Shown: one piece after another, positions 24,843 through 35,800 of the stretch
Layout: each line of letters opens with the position of its first letter
How positions within the stretch are numbered: position 1 is the first letter of the stretch
IMG/VR virus record: IMGVR_UViG_3300006924_000018
Coordinates: 1 to 60,650 of that record
Strand: one strand, 5' to 3'
Length of the DNA: 60,650 nucleotides
Source: a virus
Taxonomy: Duplodnaviria > Caudoviricetes
Program-made: the position numbers and the translations under genes
The notes under the pieces: generated by a model
The model's input: only the letters and a program-made list of their open reading frames with translations
What the model was told of the DNA's origin: nothing
The model's database searches: none

Positions 24843-25735
24843 GAATTCTAGTTGGACAAAATCACCTAGACACTCTTGGCGGCTCAGAGACCTACACCTA
24901 CGCTCTAGTTGAAGAGCTGGTCCGCCAAGGGCACGAGGTCCGCGTTGTATGTATGCCGAAGCGAAAAGGCTTTGTCGCATATCAGATTTTCGAGAACTTC
25001 GGAATCGAAGTCAACCACCTGAACGGCGCTGAATTTGATCTTGCCTTGATTAGCCACAATAGCATTTTTAATCTGATGGCTGCCAACAAGATTGCTGCAA
25101 AGAAAACATTTCAAATCTGTCACGGCACCACACCGCCTCTAGAGCAGCCTTGCGGCCATCCGGGTGTAGAATATATCTCCATCTCTGAGGAGGTGCGAGA
25201 TCACGTTCTGGCGAAGGGACACGAGTCCACGGTTATTAGGAATGGAATCAACACGGACAAGTTTAGCCAGACGTCAATTAACCAAGAGCTAAAGAACGTC
25301 CTATCCTTGTCACAGTCAGAGAGGTTGAATGCTTTTCTTTCTAAGGTGTGCAAGAGAAACGGGTGGGAGTTTGATTCCTTCAATAAGTTCAAGAATCCTG
25401 TGTTTGAGATTCACGAGCATATCCAGAAAGCAGATATGGTTGTAACCCTCGGTCGCGGCGCTTATGAATCTATGTCTTGTGGTAAGAACGTTCTGATCGC
25501 AGACTTTAGGCAGTACCAGTCACCAATGATGGACGGCTTACTCACTCCAGAGAACATCGACAATATTATCAAGAATAACTGTTCTGGCCGCGCAAATAGG
25601 CTAACAATTACAGAAGCTACAATGACAGAACAGTTCAACAAGTACGATATTGCATATGGCGAAGCAAATCGTCAGTACGCCTTGGAAAATCTTAATATTC
25701 AAAATCAAGTCAAAAAGATGATTGATATTAAGTAA
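24839..25735 (+). CDS. Glycosyltransferase (GT-B, family 4-like)
   Basis: MRILV..GGSETY...L..QGHEV; ISEEV; IRNGIN; ADMV..LGR.AYE.M.CG. Confidence 0.8.
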   Translation: MRILVGQNHLDTLGGSETYTYALVEELVRQGHEVRVVCMPKRKGFVAYQIFENFGIEVNHLNGAEFDLALISHNSIFNLMAANKIAAKKTFQICHGTTPPLEQPCGHPGVEYISISEEVRDHVLAKGHESTVIRNGINTDKFSQTSINQELKNVLSLSQSERLNAFLSKVCKRNGWEFDSFNKFKNPVFEIHEHIQKADMVVTLGRGAYESMSCGKNVLIADFRQYQSPMMDGLLTPENIDNIIKNNCSGRANRLTITEATMTEQFNKYDIAYGEANRQYALENLNIQNQVKKMIDIK

Positions 25736-25757
25736 AGAACAAATGTAAAAAAACTAG

Positions 25758-25785
25758 TTGCCATTTGTCGTATAGATGTTATAAT
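25758..25785 (+). promoter_or_regulatory. Sigma70-type (early/middle) promoter
   Basis: TTGCCA-16 nt-TATAAT with an extended TG. Confidence 0.7.
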
Positions 25786-25825
25786 TCTTAAGTAAGAAAG
25801 ATATTTCTTTTATAGGAGTTATACT

Positions 25826-26020
25826 ATGTCAAACGAAATGAATCTATCCGACGAAGCAGTCGGCGCTATTATGATGGCCCTACAGAAGTCCCTAATGGAG
25901 CAGACAGATATTGTTCCAACACTCAAGGGCTTCCGTCTACGACTTTCCGATAAAGGACTAGTTGTAATGAACCCACCTATTGTAAAGCTCGCAACTGACG
26001 ATGAGGTTGAGAGTGCCTAG
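25826..26020 (+). CDS. Conserved phage hypothetical protein
   Basis: AGGAG RBS; IMMALQKSLMEQTDIVP...VMNPP. Confidence 0.7.
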   Translation: MSNEMNLSDEAVGAIMMALQKSLMEQTDIVPTLKGFRLRLSDKGLVVMNPPIVKLATDDEVESA

Positions 26021-26282
26021 GTATAACTATCGGTGTGCCCAGTGCGAGAATACTATGGTAATTAATCATAGTATGTCAGAACGCGCAGAAACGTGTCTAG
26101 AGTGCGGGGCAACCGGTAGCCTACATAGAGTGCCGTCTTTATTTAGAGCGGCCTCTACAAGCGGCACCAACAAGCCGGGAGAGCTTGTTAAGGCGTACAT
26201 TGAGCAGACCAAAGAAGCTGTTCGCGAAGAGAAGACCACTTTGAGAAAGGATTACGACCCAAATGACTATCATAATCGGTAA
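26013..26282 (+). CDS. FmdB-family zinc-ribbon protein
   Basis: (M)PRYNYRCAQC...CLECG; GTG start 26013 after GAGG. Confidence 0.75.
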   Translation: MPRYNYRCAQCENTMVINHSMSERAETCLECGATGSLHRVPSLFRAASTSGTNKPGELVKAYIEQTKEAVREEKTTLRKDYDPNDYHNR

Positions 26283-26679
26283 TCAAGAAATTGTTCTAAA
26301 CTTTTGGACACTAGCATTTGTTGTATCGCTGCTAGTGAATGGGTTTTTTGCTTTCTATGTACGCTACCTTCTCCGACAACTAATTTCTCTATCTGAGACA
26401 ATGATCGATGTCAATAATGAGTTTATTAGTTTCTCATCTCACCTAAAAGCATTGTATGAGATGGAGACTTTTTATGGAGATGCAACACTTGAGGGCCTGA
26501 TCAACCACACAAAGCACCTAGTCCAGAAGTTCGAAGAATTCGAGGATCAGGTCGGCTTTGAAGACGATCTAGAAGAACTACAGGAAGAAGACGATGGCAC
26601 AAGCGAAGAGAACGAGACGCCGCAGATCCAGCAGCAAGCGGAAGTATTTTACGGCGGAACACGAAGCGGCAATCCTTGA
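26263..26679 (+). CDS. Single-pass membrane protein with an acidic tail
   Basis: Hydrophobic FWTLAFVVSLLVNGFFAFYV; YEMETFYGDATL. Confidence 0.65.
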   Translation: MTIIIGNQEIVLNFWTLAFVVSLLVNGFFAFYVRYLLRQLISLSETMIDVNNEFISFSSHLKALYEMETFYGDATLEGLINHTKHLVQKFEEFEDQVGFEDDLEELQEEDDGTSEENETPQIQQQAEVFYGGTRSGNP

Positions 26680-27298
26680 GTACGTCTCAACAGACGACTT
26701 TAGAAGGAAGGAAGAGCTTTACAGGAATATGATTGCACCTGTCTTTGACGAGATGGTTGACAAGATTGTATACACCTACAATTTTGCTTCTCTTCCAAAC
26801 ATCGACTCACTCAGGGCAGAGTGTAAGGTATGGCTAACCACCATCCTAAGCAAGTTCAATCCTGAAAAGGCCAAGGCTTTTACCTACTTTACGGTTGTTA
26901 CCAAGAACTGGTTCATCGCTCAGACCAAAAAGCGCTCCAAGCGTAATCGCGAAGAAATCAACATTTCCCAAATGCCAAAGGAACTAGAGCTTCGTTGTAT
27001 GTCTTCCCGCGTAACTTACGAAGAAGATCGCGAGCAAGACGAATTTATTATGAACCTCAAGGCAAGTATGATCGACTGGGAAAATGATGTCGACAAGACC
27101 AACGACGAAAAGGTCATCAAGGCAATTCAGATTCTATTTGAACAGTGCGATAAGATTGAAATTTTCAACAAGAAGGCTATTTACTTGTACCTAAGAGAGC
27201 TAACTGGCTTGAATACTAAGCAGGTTGTATCTAGTTTGAAGAAGTTCAGACTAAAGTATAGATCATTCAAGACAGACTGGATTGAGAGTGATACGTGA
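26594..27298 (+). CDS. Phage sigma factor (T4 gp55-like late sigma)
   Basis: YFT, LSKFNPEK.KAFTYF (region-2-like; compare gp55 FDP..NPFAYF), C-terminal HTH-like LRELTGLNTKQV. Confidence 0.65.
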   Translation: MAQAKRTRRRRSSSKRKYFTAEHEAAILEYVSTDDFRRKEELYRNMIAPVFDEMVDKIVYTYNFASLPNIDSLRAECKVWLTTILSKFNPEKAKAFTYFTVVTKNWFIAQTKKRSKRNREEINISQMPKELELRCMSSRVTYEEDREQDEFIMNLKASMIDWENDVDKTNDEKVIKAIQILFEQCDKIEIFNKKAIYLYLRELTGLNTKQVVSSLKKFRLKYRSFKTDWIESDT

Positions 27299-27594
27299 AA
27301 AAGAGCCTAGAAGATCTAATTGAAAATGCAATCATTAACATCGAAGAGGATCGCTCTGTAACAAGGACACTCCTCGATGATGTAACGAATTATCTTTCAA
27401 AGAACGAAGAGAACCATAAGTACGTCGGAGCAACGGCTGCAAAGTATGTTGAAACCCTCCAGCGATCAAACGAGCAGCTAGTTAAGGTCGCCGCGCTTAT
27501 GCAAAAGCAGTCAAAATCTGAAGGATTGTCAGATCTCGACAGAACGCAGATCTTCGATATGCTACAGGATGAGAGAAACGAGGACGAAGATTAA
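27295..27594 (+). CDS. Hypothetical helical protein
   Basis: GTGA overlap; AKYVETLQRSNEQLVK. Confidence 0.7.
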   Translation: MKKSLEDLIENAIINIEEDRSVTRTLLDDVTNYLSKNEENHKYVGATAAKYVETLQRSNEQLVKVAALMQKQSKSEGLSDLDRTQIFDMLQDERNEDED

Positions 27595-28949
27595 TGGCAA
27601 AGAAAGAGGATGAAGACAAGATCGCGTCTACTGCATTGCCAGTAGGCGTTTTGGACTATCTGGCTGGGCTTGTTCCGTTTGATGTCACTTCTCCATCTTT
27701 CACAAGCAGCGATTACGTTGATGACAGGATGGTCCCATTCTCAGCTAATCGCGTCCATAATAACCGGCGAGACTCCATCGGCCTAGACAAGCCAAAGCAC
27801 GGCACAATTGTAAAGGTTCTAGAAGAGATCCCAAGCGATACCGCAAACTACGACACATCCACTTGGACTGGGTACCGTCCCGGAAATCATACAGTTGGTT
27901 TTTACCGAGTAAGAGTTCAGACTGTACACGACGAAAGCCTTCCGGTACCCGATGCCCGTGATCCTGCATCACCACGTACACAAAGGCGAGCAAACAATTT
28001 TCCAAAAGCTGTGTTCCTCAATCAGTCTGGAGTGCTAACAATTGGAACCAATGTTCTAGTGCGTCCCTTGGATGCAAATCGGGAGTTCTGGGAGATCGTA
28101 AAAGTGCTGGGGAACCCGGCAGCCGACACTCTATCCACTTTACCACCACCCTCTGCAAAGTCTGCTCACGCAAAGGGTAGCTCGCAGCCAGCAGGCTCTG
28201 GTACCGGCGTACCACCCAAAGTACCGGCAAAGGTGCCAGCGCCCAAGATTGTGGTGGATCCAAGTAAAGCTAGGAAGAAGCCTTGCCCAGATATATCTAC
28301 AAAGTCCAAGCTCGAAGAGTCGGCAGCAAAGCTTGGAATCGACCCAACAACCTTGTTAACAATTGCGAGAGTTGAAGGCGGTAGGCCAAGCGCACTTAGG
28401 TTTGAGCCACACCTCTTTTTGAGAAAGGTTCCGGGTGCTGCCATTGATTACACCCCCGGCTCAGACTTTTGTCCTGAGAAGAGAAACGGGAAGTGCATTG
28501 ATACGGTCTCGTATGTTGGATCGGAGACTAACAGGTCGGCTTTCGAAAAAGCTTACGCTATCGACCCACAAGCGGCGATTAGATCAACTTCTTTTGGATC
28601 ATTTCAGGTAATCCCGGCAGGTAATCTTGAGCACCTTTCGGAAGATCCACAAGCTTTTCTCGACAGGTTTGATAATGAACCAGAGTCTTTGTCTTATGAT
28701 ATGCTAGAAGCCTTTATCGAGGCCGATCCTCGGCTAGTAGAGGCAGCAGAGAATCAAGACTGGAGAACATTCGCTCGCATCTATAACGGCCCCAAAGCTG
28801 ACGAGCAGGGCTACCCAGAGAAGTTTGCTGCAACATATGATTACGCAAAGAATCAAGGATGCTTCCCAGAATCTTCTCCACTTGCAGTCGCAGAGAACGG
28901 AGAAGATCCATTTGGAACAAGCCCACTCTCTGATGAAGAAACCGGCTGA
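27594..28949 (+). CDS. Baseplate hub-like protein with an N-acetylmuramidase (DUF3380-like) domain
   Basis: N-terminal YRVRV...P OB-like part; Pro-rich linker; IARVEGG..LRFEPHLF..AAIRSTSFGSFQV..DWRTFARIYNGP..Y. Confidence 0.75.
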   Translation: MAKKEDEDKIASTALPVGVLDYLAGLVPFDVTSPSFTSSDYVDDRMVPFSANRVHNNRRDSIGLDKPKHGTIVKVLEEIPSDTANYDTSTWTGYRPGNHTVGFYRVRVQTVHDESLPVPDARDPASPRTQRRANNFPKAVFLNQSGVLTIGTNVLVRPLDANREFWEIVKVLGNPAADTLSTLPPPSAKSAHAKGSSQPAGSGTGVPPKVPAKVPAPKIVVDPSKARKKPCPDISTKSKLEESAAKLGIDPTTLLTIARVEGGRPSALRFEPHLFLRKVPGAAIDYTPGSDFCPEKRNGKCIDTVSYVGSETNRSAFEKAYAIDPQAAIRSTSFGSFQVIPAGNLEHLSEDPQAFLDRFDNEPESLSYDMLEAFIEADPRLVEAAENQDWRTFARIYNGPKADEQGYPEKFAATYDYAKNQGCFPESSPLAVAENGEDPFGTSPLSDEETG

Positions 28950-28951
28950 CA

Positions 28952-28960
28952 ACTATTTAA
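28952..28960 (+). promoter_or_regulatory. Putative late promoter motif
   Basis: ACTATTTAA in the intergenic gap. Confidence 0.55.
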
Positions 28961-28975
28961 TAGGTAGAGAGAAAT

Positions 28976-29896
28976 ATGTCACCCAAGAAGCCAATTGATT
29001 CACGCGAGAACACGCCCGAGACCGGAGAGGTCAACGGTATTTTTAACCGTGAAAAGAAAGAGCAAGTACCAAGGTTTAACCAGCGCCCAAGCGAGAAGGT
29101 AATTAGCAAAGGCAACTCTTGGATTGTGCTTGGTCGTGATCGTCCTTCTACAAAGGAATCTGGTTACGGCGGTAGCGGTGATTCGAGAGCATCCTCAATC
29201 GACTTAGTTGTAGGACGCCAAGGTACCAACCCGAGCGACGACACAGTAATCGACCCAAACTTTGGTGCCCTCTCGCTGAACAGGCAGTCGGGCGATGCAG
29301 CTAGAATTCATATATCTCAGAGAACTGATGTCGATGCAAACTTTGGCCTCCGTGAAGGAAAGCGAGGTATGTCGGTTGGTAAATCAGCTATTGCTCTGAA
29401 GGCAGATGATGTAAGAGTCATCGCCAGAGAAGGTATTAAGTTGGTAACTGGCGGCTCAAAGGTGGTTGACTCAAAGGGCAATAAGTCAAATATTATCCAC
29501 GGGATTGAACTTATCGCCGGCAACCTAGACCTCACCGACCAAACAGGCAGGGACTACATCCAGCCACTCGTCAAGGGCACAAACCTTAAAGACTTCTTGT
29601 TTTCGTTGACAGAGCAGGTAAACAATTTGAATTCTCTAATCCAAAGAATTCTGGAGATCCAAGTAAAGGTCAACAATGCCCTTCTAGCTCCACACACAAG
29701 CAGCCCCACAGGCGGCCCAACAGTGCCAAACCCAGCAACCATTTCTACAGTACTAACTTCCAACACGGAATTTTTAGCAGACGCTGTTATTGAACTACAG
29801 CTGCTAAGAGATGTTGTGTTGCTATCTTTGGTTGGCGACTACTTGATTGAAGATGGTGATGTGAATATTCTAAGTAAGCATAATAGGACTAACTGA
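28976..29896 (+). CDS. gp5 C-terminal-like baseplate spike protein
   Basis: IVLGRDRP, SIDLVVGR, ARIHISQ.TD.D, KADDVRVIAREGIKL, QPLVKG, His-containing tip HTSSPTGGPT. Confidence 0.6.
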   Translation: MSPKKPIDSRENTPETGEVNGIFNREKKEQVPRFNQRPSEKVISKGNSWIVLGRDRPSTKESGYGGSGDSRASSIDLVVGRQGTNPSDDTVIDPNFGALSLNRQSGDAARIHISQRTDVDANFGLREGKRGMSVGKSAIALKADDVRVIAREGIKLVTGGSKVVDSKGNKSNIIHGIELIAGNLDLTDQTGRDYIQPLVKGTNLKDFLFSLTEQVNNLNSLIQRILEIQVKVNNALLAPHTSSPTGGPTVPNPATISTVLTSNTEFLADAVIELQLLRDVVLLSLVGDYLIEDGDVNILSKHNRTN

Positions 29897-32800
29897 TGAC
29901 AAATGCAAAGAACAATCTAGGACTTTCAGCAGCGCTTGAGTATTTCAAGGGCCGTTCAGTTTTGCTCGACGCAGCATTTGCACAGCAGATTGGTCTCACG
30001 CCTTCTGTTCCTTCACCGTTAGCGGAAAACAACGCACCCCTAGATCCAGAAGAATTGTTGTTCGTGCCCCTAGACTTGCAAGATCCTCTTAAGCCTCAGA
30101 ACACTCTACGCACCAGTGATCTTATTTTTTGCGACAGACCAGAGTATTTTAGGGGCCTCGAAGAGTGTAATATTTGCCGGAAGAACCCAGCTGCATATGT
30201 TCCAGACTGGAGAACGCTACCACTAAACAGTAACTTCCTAAATGGCCGCACCTGCCAGCAGTCAGTAGTTGTAGACACTGGCCGTACCGGCATTCCGAAA
30301 GTGGAAGAGGTAATTGAGAGCATCAAGAGAAAAGGAATCGAACTACTTCTCGATGCTTACGGTAAGAGCCAACTCACGACAACAGTTTATTACGTACTAA
30401 ATAATCAGAACGAACCAGAGAACCGCGACCTATCAGTGCTAACCATTCAGAGCGAGCAAGAAGAGCTTAACGGTCTCAGAATTGCTGACAAGGTAAACGT
30501 GGGCGCTAGCGCAGCCGAGCTTCTAGGCGATGAAGGCACGGCACCTCTTTCAATGCCCAGATTTAGAACTGGCTACCGTCGCCTACTGCGACAGGTCAAC
30601 ACAGCCGATATTTTGCTAGAGACCAACAACGCTCAGGGCCTACCGGCTGTAACAATTGAATATTTCGTCCCCAGAATTGCAGGCAAGAATACCGTAACTA
30701 CAAAAGCTCTAGTCTCAGTTGACGCGAATTCCTTTGCTTTGGTACCGACTGCAATTGTGACGACACCAGTAATCACTCGCGAACTTGATCTTGACAACAC
30801 TATTGAAGTCACTATTCAAGGAGCACGTCTCCGAAACGCATTCAAGCAAGCTCGCTATGCCTTGAGAAGATCTAATATTTACGCCACAAGAGCTATTAAG
30901 GGTACCAACGAGGGCAGATTCTACAGAGCTGACGACGAAACTGGAATTCCTGTTGTGTACGACTTCAATGAAGAAGCACGACAGCTTATGAAGTATATGA
31001 GGACCATCCTAATTCCTGCCATTCAGAAGGGCGGAGGGTTCAGAATCACAGAGCTTGACAAGATTCGAATTGTTTTCGAAACCAGAGAATCCAATACACA
31101 ACTAAAGGTTGTGGATGCGGTCCTAAACAAATTGGGCTGTAAAGAATTTAGCCTGCTAGATTACGACAACAAGATTAACGAAGTAACAGAGTTCTTCAAT
31201 TACTCTAGGCCCACAACTCTAGGTTATGTAGCGGCCCTTCCAAATATCGAGAACTACCTCCGCGCAACCCCAGAGGTTGTGTGGCTAGATTTCATTACAC
31301 AGTTTACCTACCCAGCAGTAGAGTTTAAAAACCCTCTAGATCTAGTGACCCTAGAAGACGATAGGAGCCTAGCAGAGTGCGTCGCCCAAAAGACAGGTGC
31401 CGAACTAGTAGGCAAAGTACTAAACGATATTCTAGACACCCCTGACCTCGTTCTAGACGGCCTCACAGAATCTATTTGCAAGGCAGCTGCTGATGTTGCT
31501 GCTGACCGCTTGGCTGAAGAAGATGTTATCGCAGCGGAACGCATTAAGGATGTTGAGTCAATCAAGAAACAGATCAAGGCCAAGAGAAAAGAGCTTGATG
31601 CTCTAGACCCAGAAGACGCAGGCTACGATACGCAGCTGTTTATTATTGAAAGCGAGATCGATAATCTAAACACTGCACTCAAGAACGCAAAGGAAGCCCG
31701 CAAGACAGCGAAGTCAGTCTCGCGCTCGACTGCGAATAGTGCTCGCCTCGACCGTGCCACAAAGCAGCTACAGAAAAAGCTATCCGTTGCATCGTCAAGC
31801 TACGAAGAGCGACCTCTGGCAAAGATTCTTGTAACAGCTATCACATATGGCATCGAGCAGGCAGTCATAGAAGAAAAGGCTTCAATCACACCTATGGTTC
31901 CTAAGCCACTAGAACTACCAGAAGTACAAGAAGCTATTAATAAGACAGGCGGCTGGTGCGGTATCGTACAGCTAATTTTGGAAGCCTCACAGTGCTTGAT
32001 GAAGGGTCTCGGAGTTGACGACTTCAAGAAGACTGTCATTGCACAAGTCCTAAAGGGTATGAGGGTAGAAGAACTCCTGCAATTCATTGATCGCCTAGAA
32101 CCAGTAGCGCCAGATGCAACTGCAAAGATTCAACGTGAAGTGGCAGAACTATTTGGCGTTGGGCTGGAGGCTTTGCTCAATTCTGTGGTCGAGTCCAACA
32201 GCCACCAGACATTCGAGTACGCCGACAAGATTAGAAATAGGTCAAATCAGCTGATTGCCAATGACAATGAGCTTTCAAGAGCCGATGCGCGGAATACTGC
32301 AAAGCAAGAACTTATTAGAGAACGAGAAGTTAGGAACAGCCAAGAAGAGAAGGTAAGCCCAACAGGGACAATCACCTCATCAGCATACCGAAGCGAAGTT
32401 AACGAAGAGGCGCTAGAAGCAGCTCAATCCGCCCTTCAGTTGGTTGATCTAATTGTAGAATTCATTATGGAGGCCATCGAGGGCCAGATTGATAGAGTCT
32501 TTGACATTCTTGAAGAATCAACCCCCGGCTTTACGATCATCAGGAATATGATTAGGGACATTGAGTGTTTGGTACCAGATGGCGGTCTTCTAAATCCTCC
32601 GCTCGGCCAGAGCTTGAAGTCTCTCAACTTTGACCTATGTGCTTTGTCCAAAACAGGCAAGATCGAATTCACCAGACCTAGGTTGAATCCGCCTCTTAAC
32701 GGCGCTGAGATCAAGGCGAATCTAAGAAACTTCCACAAGTTGCTGGCAGACTATCTTCTAGATCTCTTGATCGATCTCTCAACACAGTTGCTCATCAATG

Positions 32801-35800
32801 CTATTACTTCAATTGTCGAGGCTGTGCTAGACTTGGCCTGTGATCTAATCGCCGCAGGCGCAGCTTCTATTGCTGACGAGCTTACTGGAAATTCAAAGTT
32901 CAAAGAGGATCTTCGTCGAGCAGTATGTCCTGATGACGAACTAACAGACGCACAGTTCCAAGAAGCAATGAGCAACATTTTCGGTGCCCTAACTAATACT
33001 ACATCTGGGACTGATTGTGTTGCGAACCTAACAAAGGAAGAGTTGGGTAACTTCCTAGATTCTGTTTTGGTAACAATCTCATACAATGAACTTTATAATT
33101 TGCTTCTTGGAGAGGCAAACCCAAATACCTATAAGATTGTGTCCGAACTAGCTAAGGCATCCGGCTCCGATTGCATCGCAGAAATCTTTGGAAACATCGA
33201 TAACGTCATTAGCTACTTCTCTGGACTAGGGTCCATCATCGATGCTAGAAATGCTTTCGATAATTTCCCAGAGGATGTTTTCCTCCGAGATAATTTGAAT
33301 GTCTGCCCTCCAGACACACAGGACATCATCCGCGACATTCAGGCGAAGCTCCTCGAAGGCAAGGGCCTTTCAGATCAGCAGATCCAAGACCAGCTTGACT
33401 ACGCCAAAGAAAGGGCAAAAGAGAAGCTAGAAAACCTAGTAGACCTATTGACCAAGGGTCCTTACAAGGATTTGCCGTCCCTTGCTGCCTCTGGTGAGTG
33501 TCCCTCAAGTGGCCTACTACGCTCATCACCAGCAGTTCAGACCGCTTTACTAGCTGCCCTAGATGCAAATGCAGAAGCTGGCGAGAACGCAATCCTAAGA
33601 GACCTTATGGGCAACAATGGACTTTTCCCAAGGATCCTGTCAGATTCCGAAGGTCAGGGCTTGAAGCTACATAGATTTTTGACTTCTGGGCTCTTTGGTA
33701 ACTCAATTGGTAGAAAGAACCTGCTATTCCAGTTCTATTCCGATGACGCACTAGTATACTCTGAACTTGATCTAAACAAGCGCGGCGAAACAACTCTTAA
33801 AGCAAAAGAGCTCCGCAGAGTAAACCAGTACGGCGAGAAGTACCCTGCTGCCCTATCTCTGATTCAGCCTATGGGCGGTTTCCCACCAACCATTGGGGCT
33901 TATCTCTACAATAAGATGAAGAATTCTGACATCGGCCTAGTAGGAGAAGATAAGGTAAGCCAAGAGCTTGTGTTCAAGACAAGACTGCAGGACCCAGAGA
34001 TTAGGGACGAGATTGAGTCAGCCAAGGTTCGCAACGAGAGAATTATCAACAAAAGAAAGCTCTTTATTGCAAAGTGGGCCGCTGCAACACATTTTGTGGA
34101 TTACGAGACCCTTAAGGCTGAGCTCATCGAACTAAAAGACGGAATGCCTGTAGTTGAAGGTGGGAACACTATTCCCCTCGCAGACCAGATCACAATTGAA
34201 ACATTAAACACAGAAGCAAAGTCTTGGACTAATCCTACAATTGAAAAGCGCCGCGCAATTTATGTTGGCCTAATCAACGCCTGCTCACAGCCCATATTCT
34301 TGAGCGGAATCAATTACCGCGAGTACTCACCAGAAGAAAGACTGCAGCGATTGTTGAGTTCTGTAGCAAAGGACAAGAAGAACCTCCTAATTAACGGAAG
34401 AATTGTCGGAATTAGTCTTGCCGACTACCGTGACAGAATTAAGACTAGAAAGTTTGACAATATCGGATCTGGCGTAAAGCAGTACTATAATATCAATCTT
34501 GCACGCAAGTTCACACTTACACAGCAGTTGCGTGACTTTTATATGGAGATCGCAGAGGACAATTATGATTCTGCATTTAGCCCGATTCCTTTGGACAATC
34601 CTTTTGAACTTGGTATGGAATTTATCCCGTACCGAGAGAAGGAAGCCTTTGTCGCCGGCTCATCTCAGCTAGAAGACCCAGACGTAAAGATCTCTGTTAC
34701 TTACAATATGAACCCGCAGAATGATGATGGCACGTTCTTTGAAGACAAGTACAAGTACAGAGTTGCAGTTATTGAGACAATTAATCCTTTTGGTGAGCCG
34801 AAGAGACTTAGCAATAAGCAGCAGCTAGAAGATCTCTACAATGCAGATGAGGCCGTCCCCGGAGCAGTGGCTGGCCCTATTGTTCCCGGCGCAGCAGGGT
34901 CCGCTGACATTCAGTTCTATAAGGATATTAGCTCTGTGCCAGACGCACAGGTACAAGGCTACATCGATCAGTATATCGGCGACACTACAGCGTCAGATGT
35001 AAAGTACTCATACGAAACAGAGTTCTTTAGAAACTGGCTAAATGCAAACATTGCAAAAGAAGATATTCGTTTCAAGGAAGATATTGATTCTGATAAGTTG
35101 GTCAAGTTCTTCGATTTTGTAAACCAAGGATTCTTCAGAAGGGTCGCAGCAAGAATTGCAGTTCCAGATAGTGCTGAGCAGTACAAAGAGCATACTCTAG
35201 TAGAGAATGAAGAGGACGGCCAGACACAGATTAGTGATAGTAGCAACACTCTTGCAATTGCTAATGGTTTCTTGTTCGGCTATGACCCCGCTGCACAGCC
35301 TGAAGCTATCGTCCTAGACCCAGCCAAGTACGGCGGAACCGAGTCGCGCCCACCATATTACTTGGAGCCACCGGCATTTAAGGGATGGCTTGGTTTGCTA
35401 CAGAAGCTTATGCCGCCAGAAGAGTCTTGCGATCCAAAGAGCCTACCGCTATATGATATGAGAGACATCTCGGACGATATGCAGAGCCTATTTGGCCAAC
35501 TCAACCGCGACGAACGCCTAAACTTCCAGCCTTTCTGCACCAAGGAAGCGCCATACGACTCTGTAAGAGACAGCGCAACAACGGTATCTTTGGAAAGTAT
35601 GATTCGTATGACAACAAGAGTGCATACAATTGACTTCCTATTGAAGTGCGTACCAGTTCTATCGCAGTATTCTGCCAACTTCGAAGGTAACTTTGATGAT
35701 TTGCTAGAAACATATCTTGGTGATTACGTGATTGATCGCGTTCGAGACCAAGGTGTCACGAGCCCAACACGAAACATTACTGTAACACCAGAAGGAACTA

